From Octopus vulgaris (lineage: Eukaryota): a DNA stretch of 64,000 nt. Shown here piece after piece: positions 1-14,489 of this stretch. A model generated the notes under the pieces. It was not told the origin of the DNA, made no database searches, and was given only the letters and a program-made list of their open reading frames with translations. Positions within the stretch are counted from its first letter, which is position 1, and each line of letters opens with the position of its first letter. Position numbers and translations under genes: made by a program. The DNA lies in NCBI GenBank assembly GCA_951406725.2, contig OX597816.1, positions 114,204,001-114,268,000 on the forward strand, given 5' to 3'.

Positions 1-690
1 CAAGAGGTATAGTGACCTCAAGGGCAAGTTGGCAAAGAAGGCAGCAAAGAAGAGAATCTGCTGTGTAACAGATTCACAGGAGTAGATAGCAATAAGAGAG
101 AGTGTGAAATATATTCTTTCAAGTGCTCAGAAAGCACCCAAGGAGTGAATAGTTTTGTAACCTACATAACTCAATTAGCTGTAGAAATGGATTCTCTCAG
201 TGAAAGAACAAATTGGTGAAAATTAAAGCCATTAACTCTGCTAGGAAAAAGTTTCTCTCACTGGTTAAAGGATAGGTTGTTTGGGGCTTATGTATGAAGT
301 GTGCTGCATAGTATTGAACACATGGGTCTTGAATGAAGGGGGTTTGAAAAAGCTGGAAAGAACTGAGTTAGCATCATATTCCACTGGATTTGTAATGTTA
401 GCGTGCATGAACAATGGAACTCAAGTGAATTTGACAGAATGATTGAATATAAGATGAACCAAATGCAATGTGAAGGAGAAAATAATATGCTAGTATAGGC
501 AAGTTGTGTGCCAGAAGGATGTTACATATTAAGAAAAGTGAGGAACTGAAAAAGACAGGGATGAACCTTATGTTATATTAAGGGTCATGACAAGTGTGTG
601 AAAAACTGTTCTGGAGAACACTTGACTAACCTGCACAAGCATGGTAAAACAGGGTTAAAAATGATGATGGTGATGCAGGATGCTATACTA
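1..690 (+). mobile_element. Decayed 3' part of an RTE-clade LINE (RT C-terminal region and tail)
   Basis: Interrupted translation resembles RTE ORF2 C-terminal motifs (VDSFxYL..., xxETW, RWxCxVS, WYGHV-like) and ends in a (GAT)n-like tail near 660-680. Many stops and frameshifts. Confidence 0.6.
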
Positions 691-1087
691 ACACTTTGAT
701 CTGTCTTGTCTGTTATGTTCACATGATGTCTGCCACCATCCCTCTTTGTTAATACTCTCCATCTATTGGTTACTCTCTCATATATCACTTATTCTCCAGC
801 CTATATCTTTTTTTTTTTACTTTATGTTCCTTCTACCTTGCTGCTTCTATGTAAAGGTAAGCTACATATTATATTCAGTCCTGACCCCTTTAAAACACCC
901 ATCTTTATTATATCACTCCCCACTCTCTCTTAGTTTTGATACTAGCTTTTCCATCTTCCATAGAAACCATGCCAAATAAATGGAATGTACCAGCAAGATG
1001 TATTCCTTGACCCAATTAAGAGAACAATAACACTGAATAAAAACTGGTTTGAACTGACATGATCTGTCCCACCTTTGCCAGCAGGGA

Positions 1088-1118
<31 letters not shown>

Positions 1119-1185
1119 GTAATCTCTCGCCATATCGTGTTTCACCTATCATGGATTTTTCTGGCTAATATATGTAAATTTATAT

Positions 1186-1308
1186 TACAGACTCCTCAGA
1201 ATATCGTGGGTTTCTGTGGCCAATAGGTATTTATATTTTTTTAGACTTTAATTATTTCTGTGGGACGTTTTGGAATGTAACACCTGTGTTAGTCAATGAA
1301 TTACTGTA
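1186..1308. mobile_element. Tigger/pogo-like MITE remnant
   Basis: Ends TACAG...ACTGTA with TA flanks. Internal 'ttggaatgtaacacc' resembles Tigger-type subterminal sequence. Confidence 0.4.
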
Positions 1309-1333
1309 TATATATATATTTCAAAATGTGACT

Positions 1334-1530
1334 GCATGTGTACTGTTGGCGATTTTTTTCCTCCTTCTTCCCTTCCTTGGATCTTTCCTTTTCCTATGTT
1401 TCTGACGAAGTGCTCCGCTCGAAACGTTAAATCCTCCTTCTTTCTTTCCTTTCCTGAGCGTCCAATAACACTATACTTGTTCCACGTCCTCGCGTTGTTG
1501 TATTTTCTCTTTGTGTTTTCATGTTTGGAT

Positions 1531-1535
<5 letters not shown>
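1334..1535 (+). mobile_element. Penelope-like pLTR / non-autonomous fragment carrying a hammerhead motif
   Basis: CpG-retaining pyrimidine-rich unit between TA microsatellites that contains CTGACGA-stem-GAAACGT. Confidence 0.5.
1398..1431 (+). ncRNA. Minimal type-I hammerhead ribozyme-like motif
   Basis: ttt-CTGACGA-a-gtgc-tcc-gctc-GAAAC-GTT-aaa. Core boxes are present, stem II has one mismatch, and stem III is the palindrome AACGTT. Confidence 0.55.
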
Positions 1536-1567
<32 letters not shown>

Positions 1568-1978
1568 GTGTATATGTGTGTGTGTGTGTGTGTGTATCTT
1601 TAAAACTAGATCTAAATGACATTACATGCTTGCAAATATACTGAACCTTCTTTACCCAGTGGAAAATGATGGAAATTATTTGCAAAACTCAAAAGACTAC
1701 CAAATTTTTCTTCTCAACCAATTTTTGCCAGTGGCTGAGAATTTAAAAGTAAACTCTAGATTCACTAAGTAGACCAGACAATTGCAACACAGGTATCAAC
1801 TAAGGTGGAGATTATCATCTGTAACTACTTGCACTATAAACATGTGAATATAAGCAGAACAGGTTATGGAAGAGTGGTCATGAAAAATGGGATGGCTGAT
1901 GACCAAACCTGAGAAAAATAAGTATTGTGACAGAGATATGAATAAAGTGGAAAATAATGATAATTTAAAGAAATTCAA

Positions 1979-2395
1979 TTACTCCTTTACTCTTTTATTT
2001 GTTTCAGTCATTTGACTGTGGCCATGCTGGAGCACTGCCTTTAGTCGAGCAAATCGACCCCAGGACTTATTTTTTGTAATCCTAGTACTTATTCTATCGG
2101 TCTCTTTTGCTGAACCGCTAGGTTACGGGGACGTAAACACACCAGCATCAGTTGTCAAGCGATGTTGGGGGGACAAACAGACACACAAACATATACACAC
2201 ACATACATACATAAATATATATACATATATACGACGGGCTTCTTTCAGTTTCCGTCTACCAAATCCACTCACAAGGCTTTGGTCGGCCTGATGCTATAGT
2301 AGAAGACACTTAGCCAAGGTTCCATGCAGTGGGACTGAACCCGGAACCATGTGGTTCGGAAGCAAGGTACTTACCACACAGCCACTCCTACACCT
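1979..2395 (-). mobile_element. tRNA-derived octopus-type SINE (family A), near full length
   Basis: Minus-strand head 'aggtgtaggagtggctgtgtggtaag...ggttccgggttcagtccc' (A/B-box-like), internal microsatellite and 'gagtaaa' tail. Homologous to copies at about 15.0, 18.2, 19.5, 21.4 and 53.2 kb. Confidence 0.85.
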
Positions 2396-3083
2396 AATTG
2401 TAGAAATTACCTATGATGACTTAGTACCACTAAACATAAGCATGAAGCACCATTTTATGCTAGTCTTACTTCTAAATTGAATATAAGCAATGAAACTAGC
2501 TTCTTTTCTGCACGTATTGATGAGCAATACAATATGCTATCATAAATACATCAGGATGTAAACTGCTATACTTCACAAATAGTTACGGTTTTCTTTCTTT
2601 GTAGGACCAACTTTCATAAAAATAATGATATATGTCAGATAACCAATGTAGGTTTTATTACAAACAAAATATTCTAATATTTTGAACAGAATTTATTCTA
2701 AAAATACTCCAACTGAAAGTAACGGTTATGTACAAAGGATCCATAGGCAATATGTTAAATTAGTTGAAATGAATCTTGCAATGACTATGTGTGCATGTCT
2801 GCAAATAATATGTCTATTTCATAAAACTAAAATCATCAAACTCTCTGTTTTGCATTGTTTTTGTTGAACATGTAGAGTGACTCATTTAACATACAGCCTG
2901 CAGGATATCTGTGCAAAGATATAAGATTTAGCAATTAATATCATTATAATAATAACAATTATTTTCTCTATTTTCGAACAACAGATTGTTTATTCATGAT
3001 CTTAATACAAGTTTCCACTTTGTCGCCATATCTCATCGGCATAAAGGAAGAAAAAAAAAAAAAGAAAAAAATTAAATACATAC

Positions 3084-3098
3084 CTAGCAAGATAAAAT
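3084..3098 (-). CDS. Candidate 15-nt microexon (phase 1: D-F-I-L-L)
   Basis: Minus strand: tttttctataatattccctag|ATTTTATCTTGCTAG|gtatgt. Good acceptor and donor, length divisible by 3, in non-repetitive sequence. Host gene unidentified. Confidence 0.4.
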   Translation of the reverse strand: MLSC

Positions 3099-3468
3099 CT
3101 AGGGAATATTATAGAAAAATATGTGATACTTCGGATAATTTATTACTTATAGAATTTTGAATGCATATAAAGATCTATTTTTGTTTCATCTTTTATATGA
3201 AGAAAGCATGGATATTTACTGCTAACATTTGGTAGAATCATATTGTACATATAAATATGAATGCAGATGCACACATACACACACACACACATTTACCAGA
3301 AGACAAAGAATATTACCCAACAATTACTTTAATAATAACAGATATGAGCTGAAAACATTTTTGAACATCTCATCATTTTTTTCTTTGTTTCCAACTAAAC
3401 TATATGTATTTAAGATGAGTCGCTTTCCATCACTAATTGCTAACTGAAATATTTCAAGTTTAAATTAC

Positions 3469-3492
3469 AAATTCTTTCTTCTTGGTTTCCAT
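3469..3492 (-). CDS. Weak candidate 24-nt microexon
   Basis: ttttctgaattttctag|ATGGAAACCAAGAAGAAAGAATTT|gtaatt. Purine-rich and symmetric, but the donor is weak. Confidence 0.2.
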
Positions 3493-3896
3493 CTAGAAAA
3501 TTCAGAAAATGAGTGTGTTGATACTGGAAAATTTCCTGATCATAATGGTAAATCAGTCTCCTCCTCTTGGTTACAAAGGAGTTTATTCAGTAAAAGAGGA
3601 AACTTACATATTTAAAGCCATTCATGGTTACAGTAGAATTAGTGAAGCGAGGGAGGATTAATATAATTACATCATAGCATTTTTTTACCTCTTATAACAT
3701 TTTGTCTATATATTTCAGTACTAAATGGATTAGTTAACTCTACAAATTCACAAATGTATTTGAATTGTAGTGGTATATTGTTTTAAATAAGAAGGCCTCC
3801 CTGATAAATATGCATGTAGTGATATCTATTTACAATATATATACGAGGCCTACTCTTATATACATATATATATGCATATTAACCATTTATTTAAGC

Positions 3897-4113
3897 CAAT
3901 GGTTCTCAAACAGGGTCCATTTAAGATTTTGCATTTAAAATTTATCTGCAATAAATTGGTTATAGTTCTACAATACACAAAATATTTTAACAATTTTTTT
4001 CATAAAATTCCTAATAATACTTAATTATCAAAATAGGACATTGAATTGCTATGAGGATCCATCTGAATAAAACAGGAGTCAAAGAGGTCCATAAGTAAAA
4101 TATGGTTGAGAAA
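3897..4113. mobile_element. hAT/Charlie-like MITE
   Basis: Starts caatggttctcaa and ends ggttgagaa. Homologous (inverted) to the copies at 46702-47210 and about 53040-53692. Confidence 0.6.
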
Positions 4114-4699
4114 TACCCATTTAAATGGAACATCTTATTGAAATATCAAAAGAATTATACACCCAAACATACATATATGCATATGTGTGCATTAATACAA
4201 AAAGCCTTCTGGTTGCACAAACAGAGGCATGAATATTAGTTAAGAAGTTTTTTTTATAGTCATGTGGCTCCAGGTTCAGTCCTATTTCATGGTACCGTGA
4301 GCAAATATCTTCTAATATATTTCCAAGTCAAAATGCCTTGTGAGTGAATTCAGTTGCAGAAAACTTTGTGAAAGACTATTGTCATCATTGTCATCAATGC
4401 CCACTCCCTCTACCTGTGCCCACTCTCTACATTCCCCTCCTCTCCATCTTCCACTCACCTTTTGTAATCTGATGAACTTATCCACCTATTCACTCTGTCT
4501 AACCACTTCACTGTATACACTACCCTGCAACTTGGGTTTTTGCCACGTTATTTCTCATCCCCCCTCCCTCTCCCAGCAAATGAGGTAGCCATGTATCTCT
4601 TCTACTGCAAGACACCCATTTCTGTCCCTCTATTCATACTCTAACTTCTGAATACCTGGTAAAAAGTCATGTCCCTTAATACTACTCATCCATCAGTTG

Positions 4700-4920
4700 A
4701 GGGGTCTTGTTTTACAAGCCAGTTGGTGACCTCACTTATGCTGGTGCCATGTAGAAAGCATCCAGTACATTCTGTAAAATGGTTGGCATTAAGAAGGGCA
4801 TCCAGGCATAGACAGTAGGAATTGGCAGACTTCTGAGTTGCCAGCTCCTGTCAACTGTTCAACCCATACCACATTAAATGATTACGACATCGACGACGAC
4901 GATGATAATGATGATGGTGA
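4700..4920 (+). mobile_element. RTE-LINE/SINE 3' tail fragment
   Basis: 'ggttggcattaagaagggcatcc...aacccat...taaatgat(gat)n' is shared with the LINE tail at 17190. Confidence 0.6.
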
Positions 4921-5161
4921 TGTTTTAATATCCACTCTTCCATTCTTGCATGGTTCATATAGAATTCATTGAAGTAGATTTTCTATGGTTGGATGTTCTT
5001 CTAGTCACCAACCCTCACCTCTTTCCAAACAAGATAAGGATTTCCTTCATGACCAGACATGTTTCCGAGAAAGAATGGAAAGGAAAGACACTGCATGTAT
5101 GACAATGATGCTTCATTACAACTACAGACACAAACACACACATTCATGTGTGCATGCACGT

Positions 5162-5201
<40 letters not shown>

Positions 5202-5350
5202 CAGGCTTCTTCAGTTTCTGCCTTTCAGATCAACTCAGAAAGCTTTACTCAACTCTGGAAGACACTAGCCTAAGAGGCCACACACTGGGACTGAACCTGA
5301 ACCCATGTGGTTGGGAAGCAAACTTCTTAGCCAATAGCCATACCTACAAC
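4921..5350 (-). mobile_element. Diverged SINE with family-A-like head and RTE-like tail
   Basis: Inverted homologue of the element at 63540-63955. Lies tail-to-tail with the 4700-4920 fragment. Confidence 0.6.
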
Positions 5351-7985
5351 TACATGTGTGTGTTTTTATGTGTGTGTGTGTGGGTGGGTGGGTGGGTGGG
5401 GGGTGCACTGTGCTTGTATTTGTGTGTATGTTATGAGTGTGTGTCTTTGTATTTGTCTCTCACTGCTTGACACTTGATGTTGCCTTGCATCCCTGTAATG
5501 TAACAGTCCCGTAAAAAACAGAAAGAATAAGTCCCAGACATATAATAAAGCCTAAGCACAATTGAATCCCTTCAAGGTAGTAATCTCAGCTTGGTTACAG
5601 TTAAAAAATGTAAGTTGGTTCATGTAACCAGGTTCATATTATCAAGTATTAAATAATTTACTCATCAAAGGCTAATACCCTGAATTCAGCCTGAATTCAA
5701 TTTTCTACAGGATACCAGTCTTCCATAGGTTCATAACATCTTTGAGGAAGGGTGTATGTGCCTTTAAAAAATAAATCTCAAATCCCTTTTTCCTTATGGC
5801 CAACTCTGTTACTCATTCTTGAGTATCAGCAATATATTGTAGTAGCAACATGACTAACTATAACTCTCTACACATTGCAGAAAGCATATTGCACATGATT
5901 AAGAGAAAAACTTCATTTTGTTTTTGTTTTTTTTGTTCATTGTATCTGCTACAAGATAAAAGAGATAACAATGGAGATTCAAGTTGATACCCGGGTGTTA
6001 TAATGATGAAAACAACATTAAATCCAAACTGTTTTAAAAGTGTACTAAGAAAATAAAATTATGATCAAGGCTTTCTGAAATTAAACAATGTGATCAACAG
6101 ATTCATACCATTTATTGAGAAAACATTTTGATTTTCATGTGCTGACAATGAAAAACAGGTTTCCTCTAGGGCTATGAAAGATGTTGCAATGAAAGTTTTG
6201 ATGTTTCAGTAAATTAATTAAGCTGTCAAATTAAAGAAGAAACCATTTAAAACTAGGTAATTATAAAATTACTATGTTATGCAAGCTCAAAAAACATGTA
6301 ATGTTTCTACATGAAAGGGATAGCTAGGGTGGGAAGGGATCTAGCTACTGAATGTTTGTTAAGTTTTGAAATGTAGATGAAAAGCAGTATGCTAACAAAA
6401 GGGTTTGGGAAGCAGATAAAAGTCATCTGATTTAAGAGAATCAAATAAATTGCATGTAGAATATAACTTAATAATCTGATGGCATGGTGTTTACATTTTT
6501 AGTAATGCAGAAGAAATTCCATCTCCCTTATATAATAAAAACTGGTACATTTTTTCAGGAAAAATGCCAAAATGATCAAGCAAAGAGTAGAAAAGTTAAA
6601 ATACTGATTTGACACTGTCATCATCATCATTGTCTAAACTTCTGCTTCTTTAAATCATCATATATATATATGTGTGTGTGTATGTGTGTGTGTGTGTGTG
6701 TCTTAATACTGAAATACTTAGAAATGAGTGCTAGAGTTATAAATTACTGATGAAAAAAAGAAAAGAAAGAAAATAAATTCCCCTATGTTTATTCATATAT
6801 GAAGGGGTATCCTGTAAGAGAGCAGATCCAAACATTATTCAAAATGACGGCACTAGCTGTAAGGAGAGTTATCTCCACGGTGGAGGCAATCTCCTGGAAT
6901 TCCGTTTTCCAAAAAATTAATTTAACAAATAAAAATCTGTACAGAAAAGTAGAATTGTGGAAGTAGATATGAAAAAAGGAAAAAGATAAAGTGATACAAA
7001 AGATGAGGTACTAGATGTCAGAAGAGAACAGCGTATTGTTCCCTCTGACAATATGCATTGACGCATGTCGGTGAATAGAAATTGTGCACTTCAAGATGGC
7101 TGCCAAGATTTCAACAGAATCAAACAAAATATTGAGAATAATATATTGGAATAAACAACCACAACAACAACTGTATTGTTGTTAATGAAAAAAATTGAAA
7201 CTAATTTTGAGGTGTTTATAGCAGCTATATTTCATTTAATCCACAGTTTACAAACACACACACACAAATAGACACAACCTGGTCGCATGTATGTTATTTC
7301 AAGGGACATCAATCTCTTGATATTAAAAGAATCAATACAATGTCTGAGAGATAACTCACTCTACATTCCAAGTTCAAATCCCAGAAGGGTTGACTTTGCC
7401 TTTCCTCCATCCAGGGTTGATAAGCTGTGTTTAAGAAATTAACTTCACAACCATGTAGGCTTAGATTTGATCTCACTGCATGATACATTGAGCATACATC
7501 TTCTGCCATACACAGATTGACCAATAACTTATAAATAGAATATAATAGATGGAAATTCTGTGGAAGAGCTCATTGAATATGTGTGTGTGTGCATATCTTT
7601 TACTAATGAATATTGGTGAAGGATTAAAGCAACACCAAATGAACTAAAATCTAGTGCTTCGTAAACTAAGTTGCTTGGAGACATCTGATTACTACCAAGT
7701 TGAGGCACACCTAGCCTTAGGATGCAGTGAACAAATGATTAGGTGATTGGAAACTTGTGACCAATGACATGATGGTTCACCAATTGCAGTATAAATAAAA
7801 CTGGAGATTGGGTTGAAATTATATGACTATACTTTACCTGCCATATCCAGAACTGTCAACTTGTTTACATTACATTACACACACACAAACACACGGGTAA
7901 TTGGAAAATACAGACCAATTTCCTCATGCAAAACATGTAAAAATTGATTGAAAACACACACACATATGCACGAATGCACACACAG

Positions 7986-8022
7986 AATAATAATAATAAT
8001 GATGATGATGATGATGATAGTC

Positions 8023-8064
<42 letters not shown>

Positions 8065-8272
8065 TCTTAAATCTAAAGTTTAGAAAATTAAATAAATAAC
8101 TTTAATTTGAGAAAGAGAGAGGGAGAGAGAGATGAGAGAGGAAGAGTAGGAGAGAGAGGGAGAGAGAGATGAGAGAGGAAGAGTAGGAGAGGGAGGGAGA
8201 GAGGGTGAGGGTGAGGGAGAGAGGGTGAGGGTGAGGGAGAGAGGGTGAGGGTGAGGGAGAGAGAGAGAGAGC
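7986..8272. repeat. (AAT)n/(GAT)n microsatellite followed by a GA-rich compound repeat
   Basis: Directly visible. Confidence 0.9.
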
Positions 8273-8557
8273 CAACAGGCTAATAAATCATGCACATGTT
8301 GATACTATAAAACATATCAAGTTCCAAAAATCATGTAGATTGTTTGAACACGGATCTTTATTCAATCTGTCATAAACACAGGTAAAGAGTAAAAGTGTTT
8401 GTTTTGCATTTTTTTAATGCTAAAATAAAAAATGCCTCTAGCTAGTCAAGGTTAATTTATAAATGCCACTTATTTTAGCATCAACACACCTAACAGAACT
8501 GACAGAGTTGAAATATCATCCACACATAAGTGTGTGTGTGTGTGTATATATATATAT

Positions 8558-10520
<1,963 letters not shown>

Positions 10521-10759
10521 TAACAATATTAATAATAAGGATTCCTTACAAAGTTGCATATAATTACCTTTAATCTTTTAATTTATATACTGCCTTTCAT
10601 GTGTGTGTATATATATTCCTCTAATTAATTACAAGAACTTTATTGGATTTATATATTAAATGCTGAATAACATATTTAGAATACCTAAGTGAGAGCAAGA
10701 CAGCAATCGTTTCGGGGTAATCCCTTACACAAAGAAATGAAAAAAGCAAATAAAGAAGG

Positions 10760-11010
10760 TCACTAAATCATCATCAGTTATCGGCCAGAGGGTCAAAAGC
10801 AATTTCACACTTTCAACAATAATATTGATCACCTCTGGTGCCACCGGTAGTAAGAAGTTGCCAGGAAATGGTGAGCCAATGAGCAAGGGACCAAACATTT
10901 CTAAGCAGCTTCATGCTGCTGGTGCCACCAGAGGAGAGTAATATTATCATTGAAGATGTGAAATTGCATTTGACCCTCTTGCCAATAAGTGATGAGGATT
11001 CGGTGTCTGT
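10760..11010. repeat. Long imperfect palindrome (about 110-bp arms, about 25-nt loop)
   Basis: Left arm tcatcagttatcggccagagggtcaaaagcaatttcaca...gaaatg matches the reverse complement of the right arm catttc...tgtgaaattgcatttgaccctcttgccaataagtgatga. Confidence 0.9.
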
Positions 11011-13520
11011 TTACCATTTGTGCATTTATTATATCCTTTTTTAACTTATTATTTAATGGAATTCCACATACGCTTATTTTTTTAACAGTAAGTGTTTATA
11101 TGTATATATATTTGTGTGTGTGTGTACAAATTAGCTATTAGTGATAGAAGCAGCCTTTATAATGAATATTAACTTACACATCCAAATTAACTTGGATGCT
11201 TTGTTAAGAAAGCCACAGACTGTGGTAATTGTCCAGAGAAACCATCTCATAAAGATATTTTAGGTACTAAAATGCATAAATTATATTGGTCAACGAAATT
11301 TTTATCAGCAATGACAGATGGGAATGTTGTATTATGTGATTTTATCACAAATTGCAAATCATCATCAACAAGTACCCAAATACCAATTGCCAGGTTGAAA
11401 GTAAGACTGATGTAGTTTAATGTTAAACAGTCAGTGATGTCTATGATGTTCTTAACAACACATCCAAGTTAAGCTGGAAGTAAAAATTAATATGTGTGTA
11501 TGAGTGTATACGCACATACATGTGTGTATATATGTGTATGTTTATATATATATGCATAGTTGCATACATATAGGGATGTATAACACATACACACCATAAT
11601 ATATATACACCCATATATCTTTGGACTTATATATATATATATATATACATACACACATATATATTTATACATACACACACATGTATATATGTGTGTGTGT
11701 GTGTGCATGTGTGTATAAACCAATGTTAAAAGTGTAAATTAATGTTTTATGTATATAAAAAAAGTATGAATTAAATATATTTGACAACTTAATGAGAAGG
11801 AAAAAACAAAATTTTCTTAATAGAGATACATATCATTTCTGCATATTTTTTCTTCACTTTTTTCCTTTTAGATTTTTGGGGTACATGATAAATGTAAAGG
11901 TGTGTAAGCGTTTCTGAAAGCATGTATGCATTTGTTCAATGATTAATTAATGAACAATAGAATTTCTTATTTATATAAAAACAGATATGTAGATTAATAT
12001 CCATGCTGGCCATCAAAATAAATAAATAAATGAAATAAAAGAAAATATCAACAATCTATGAGGTTTGCATTCTATTTTCATTGTTCAACATAAACAGCAA
12101 GAATTGATATCGGCGAAAAGAAAAATATCTAGAACTCATAATAGTCATGATGATGATGATGATGACTTTTTTTTTTCACTAGACCACAGGATAGAAAAAG
12201 AAGAAAAAAAAAGAAGAAAATAGACAATTACTAATCATAATAAAATTGCCTATAGCAGAAACCCAATGATAAATAAGCTGAACATGGCAATGAGAATTGA
12301 GGAAGTATCTACTAGCATTTAGAAAGCATGTGCATTAACTTGAAAGTGCTGCTAATTACAAAAAGGATAATTAGCAATTTGAAATACTTTGAAAATTACA
12401 GCTTTTCACATTCTAGCTCCATAATATCTGTGTAGGTGTGTTTGGAAACAGATAATAGATATTAGTAGAAAACTATGAAGGAGAGGAGGCTGGAATTTTC
12501 ATTATAACATATATAGATGTATGAGCTTCAGAAACTATTGGGAGAGGAGAGGGGTGGAGTATATTTGTGTTTCTATGTATATAATTTGCGTATATATAAG
12601 TGTATGTGTTATGGAAATTAATCATTGCAATAATTCTTCTGCTAATTTGGATGGAATTAAAAATAATGTGTGTGGATTATATTTTAATCATAACTGCAGT
12701 GAAAGGAATACATCATTGCTTTTGTTGCCCAATGACCTTTTTTTATGCACCAACACATTCATTTCTACAGATCCATTGAAACCTATATGCATATGTAGAT
12801 GCATATTTCAGTTGAGGGGATATACCTGGGTTAAGTGAAAGAGTCTGTATTCCTTTTAGCACATGCAGTTTATTAAAAGATAGAAATTAAAAAGAAAAAC
12901 TATCTAACCCAACAACGATGTGAAACTAGCTGGTGGCAATATATCTTATCCAAGAAGCTTATAAATTTGCATTTTGCTGTAATTCCTTGAGCAATAATCC
13001 TCTTAGCCACTCTTCAACAATGATGTCTTTGCAAGTAGCATTCTTGCAGATAAAGTCACCACATTTGCTGCCCATTTTGCTTTCAACCCTGCAATATACA
13101 CACGCAACACAATTTATTCCAAACCCTGAGACTCCACACTTTGTATTTTGCCAATATGTCTATACCTCTGCTAAATGTGAAAACTCCTAAATACAGTAAC
13201 TGAAGTGTTTCACAATCCCTACCACTGTGTGCATAATCAATCCCATATATAGATCTAAAACACAGCTACAGAATCATTTAAAAATACACTACTTCTCTCA
13301 CTCTCAAACACTCAGTCTGGTTACACATCACTGATGATATATACAGAAGACTGGCAACTGTCATGCCCTGAGCCTAGTTTGCTCTTCAGAGTAAAGATGG
13401 TAACATGCTTTTCTAAAGTCTCTTGGGGCATTCTACGAACAGGGCACATATACTTTATTTTGGGGGGGTTTAGTAACCTAGAAACACTTCCAACTCAAAT
13501 GAAATAGCAAAGATACTTAC

Positions 13521-13568
13521 TATAGTCTGTTGACATGTGATGATTGCTGTTTTTCCATTTGTAGACAT
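13521..13568 (-). CDS. Candidate 48-nt cassette exon
   Basis: tctcttctcttctctttacag|ATGTCTACAAATGG...CAGACTATA|gtaagt. Strong polypyrimidine tract, canonical GTAAGT, symmetric, and no stop in any frame (phase 1: DVYKWKNSNHHMSTDY). Confidence 0.4.
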
Positions 13569-13754
13569 CTGTAAAGAGAAGAGAAGAGACTTATCAATAA
13601 AAGAATTTCATTTAACCCACAATAGCTCTTCAGATTTGGATTAATTCGGTCTAAGAGTAAGTTATCATTGAATAATTGCTGGATCCTCTGCCTTAGTCAA
13701 TAAAAACAGAGTAGAAAGAAATTAAGTAGAGATCATCAAAACATAACTGCTGAA

Positions 13755-13791
<37 letters not shown>

Positions 13792-13984
13792 CAGGGGAGA
13801 GGGGAAAGTGCTAGAATGAAGTGAAGTGTAAGGAACTAATAAAAATGATTTAAAGCCCATAAAACAGAAGTGGAGAGTTAAGTAGATAAGAGCCACATAC
13901 TCTGAAGGACTTTCAGTTTCTAAGTTAGCAGGAAGCTAAATCTTATTTTACATATTTTTCTCTGGCTCCCTGACTTAACACTTC

Positions 13985-14016
<32 letters not shown>

Positions 14017-14299
14017 GCACTCTTACAGCCTGATGATGGTAAGCAAGCCAAAGCTTCAAAATCACTATCAACCTCTTCCATGAAAAAGTTTAGTAATGTA
14101 CTCTACATAATAGTATTGAGTAATTTTCCAGTTTAATGACAAATTGTTTTTGATATATAACTTGACATAAAAACAAAAGGTAACGTCTGTCTGTCTGTCT
14201 GCCTGCCTGCCTGCCTGCCTATCTATCTATCTATCTATCTATATATATATATATGTATAGGGACAGAAGTCACAAAAAAAAAAAGACGACATGGGATTA

Positions 14300-14389
14300 A
14301 AAATTTATTACAGCTATTTCAGTAGAAATTTATTGATGTTTTCATAGATTACATCATACTATAAATACACCATCTTCAGGTTAAATTTT
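14300..14389 (-). ncRNA. Type-I hammerhead ribozyme-like motif with long loop II
   Basis: Minus: aaaattta-ac-CTGAAGA-tggt...act-GAAA-tAGCTg-TA-a-taaatttt. 8-bp stem I, palindromic loop III, GUA cleavage triplet. Confidence 0.55.
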
Positions 14390-14489
14390 AAACAGGTATA
14401 AAAAAGGCAAGGTAAAACTCTGATGATGACCTATCCAACAACCAGTATGATGAATAAGTATACACACACACACACACATAATTGAATTT

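Noticed and set aside
14030-14440. Additional CTGATGA boxes at 14030 and 14420
   Set aside because: No intact GAAA box or stem I, so they are too degenerate to call as hammerheads.
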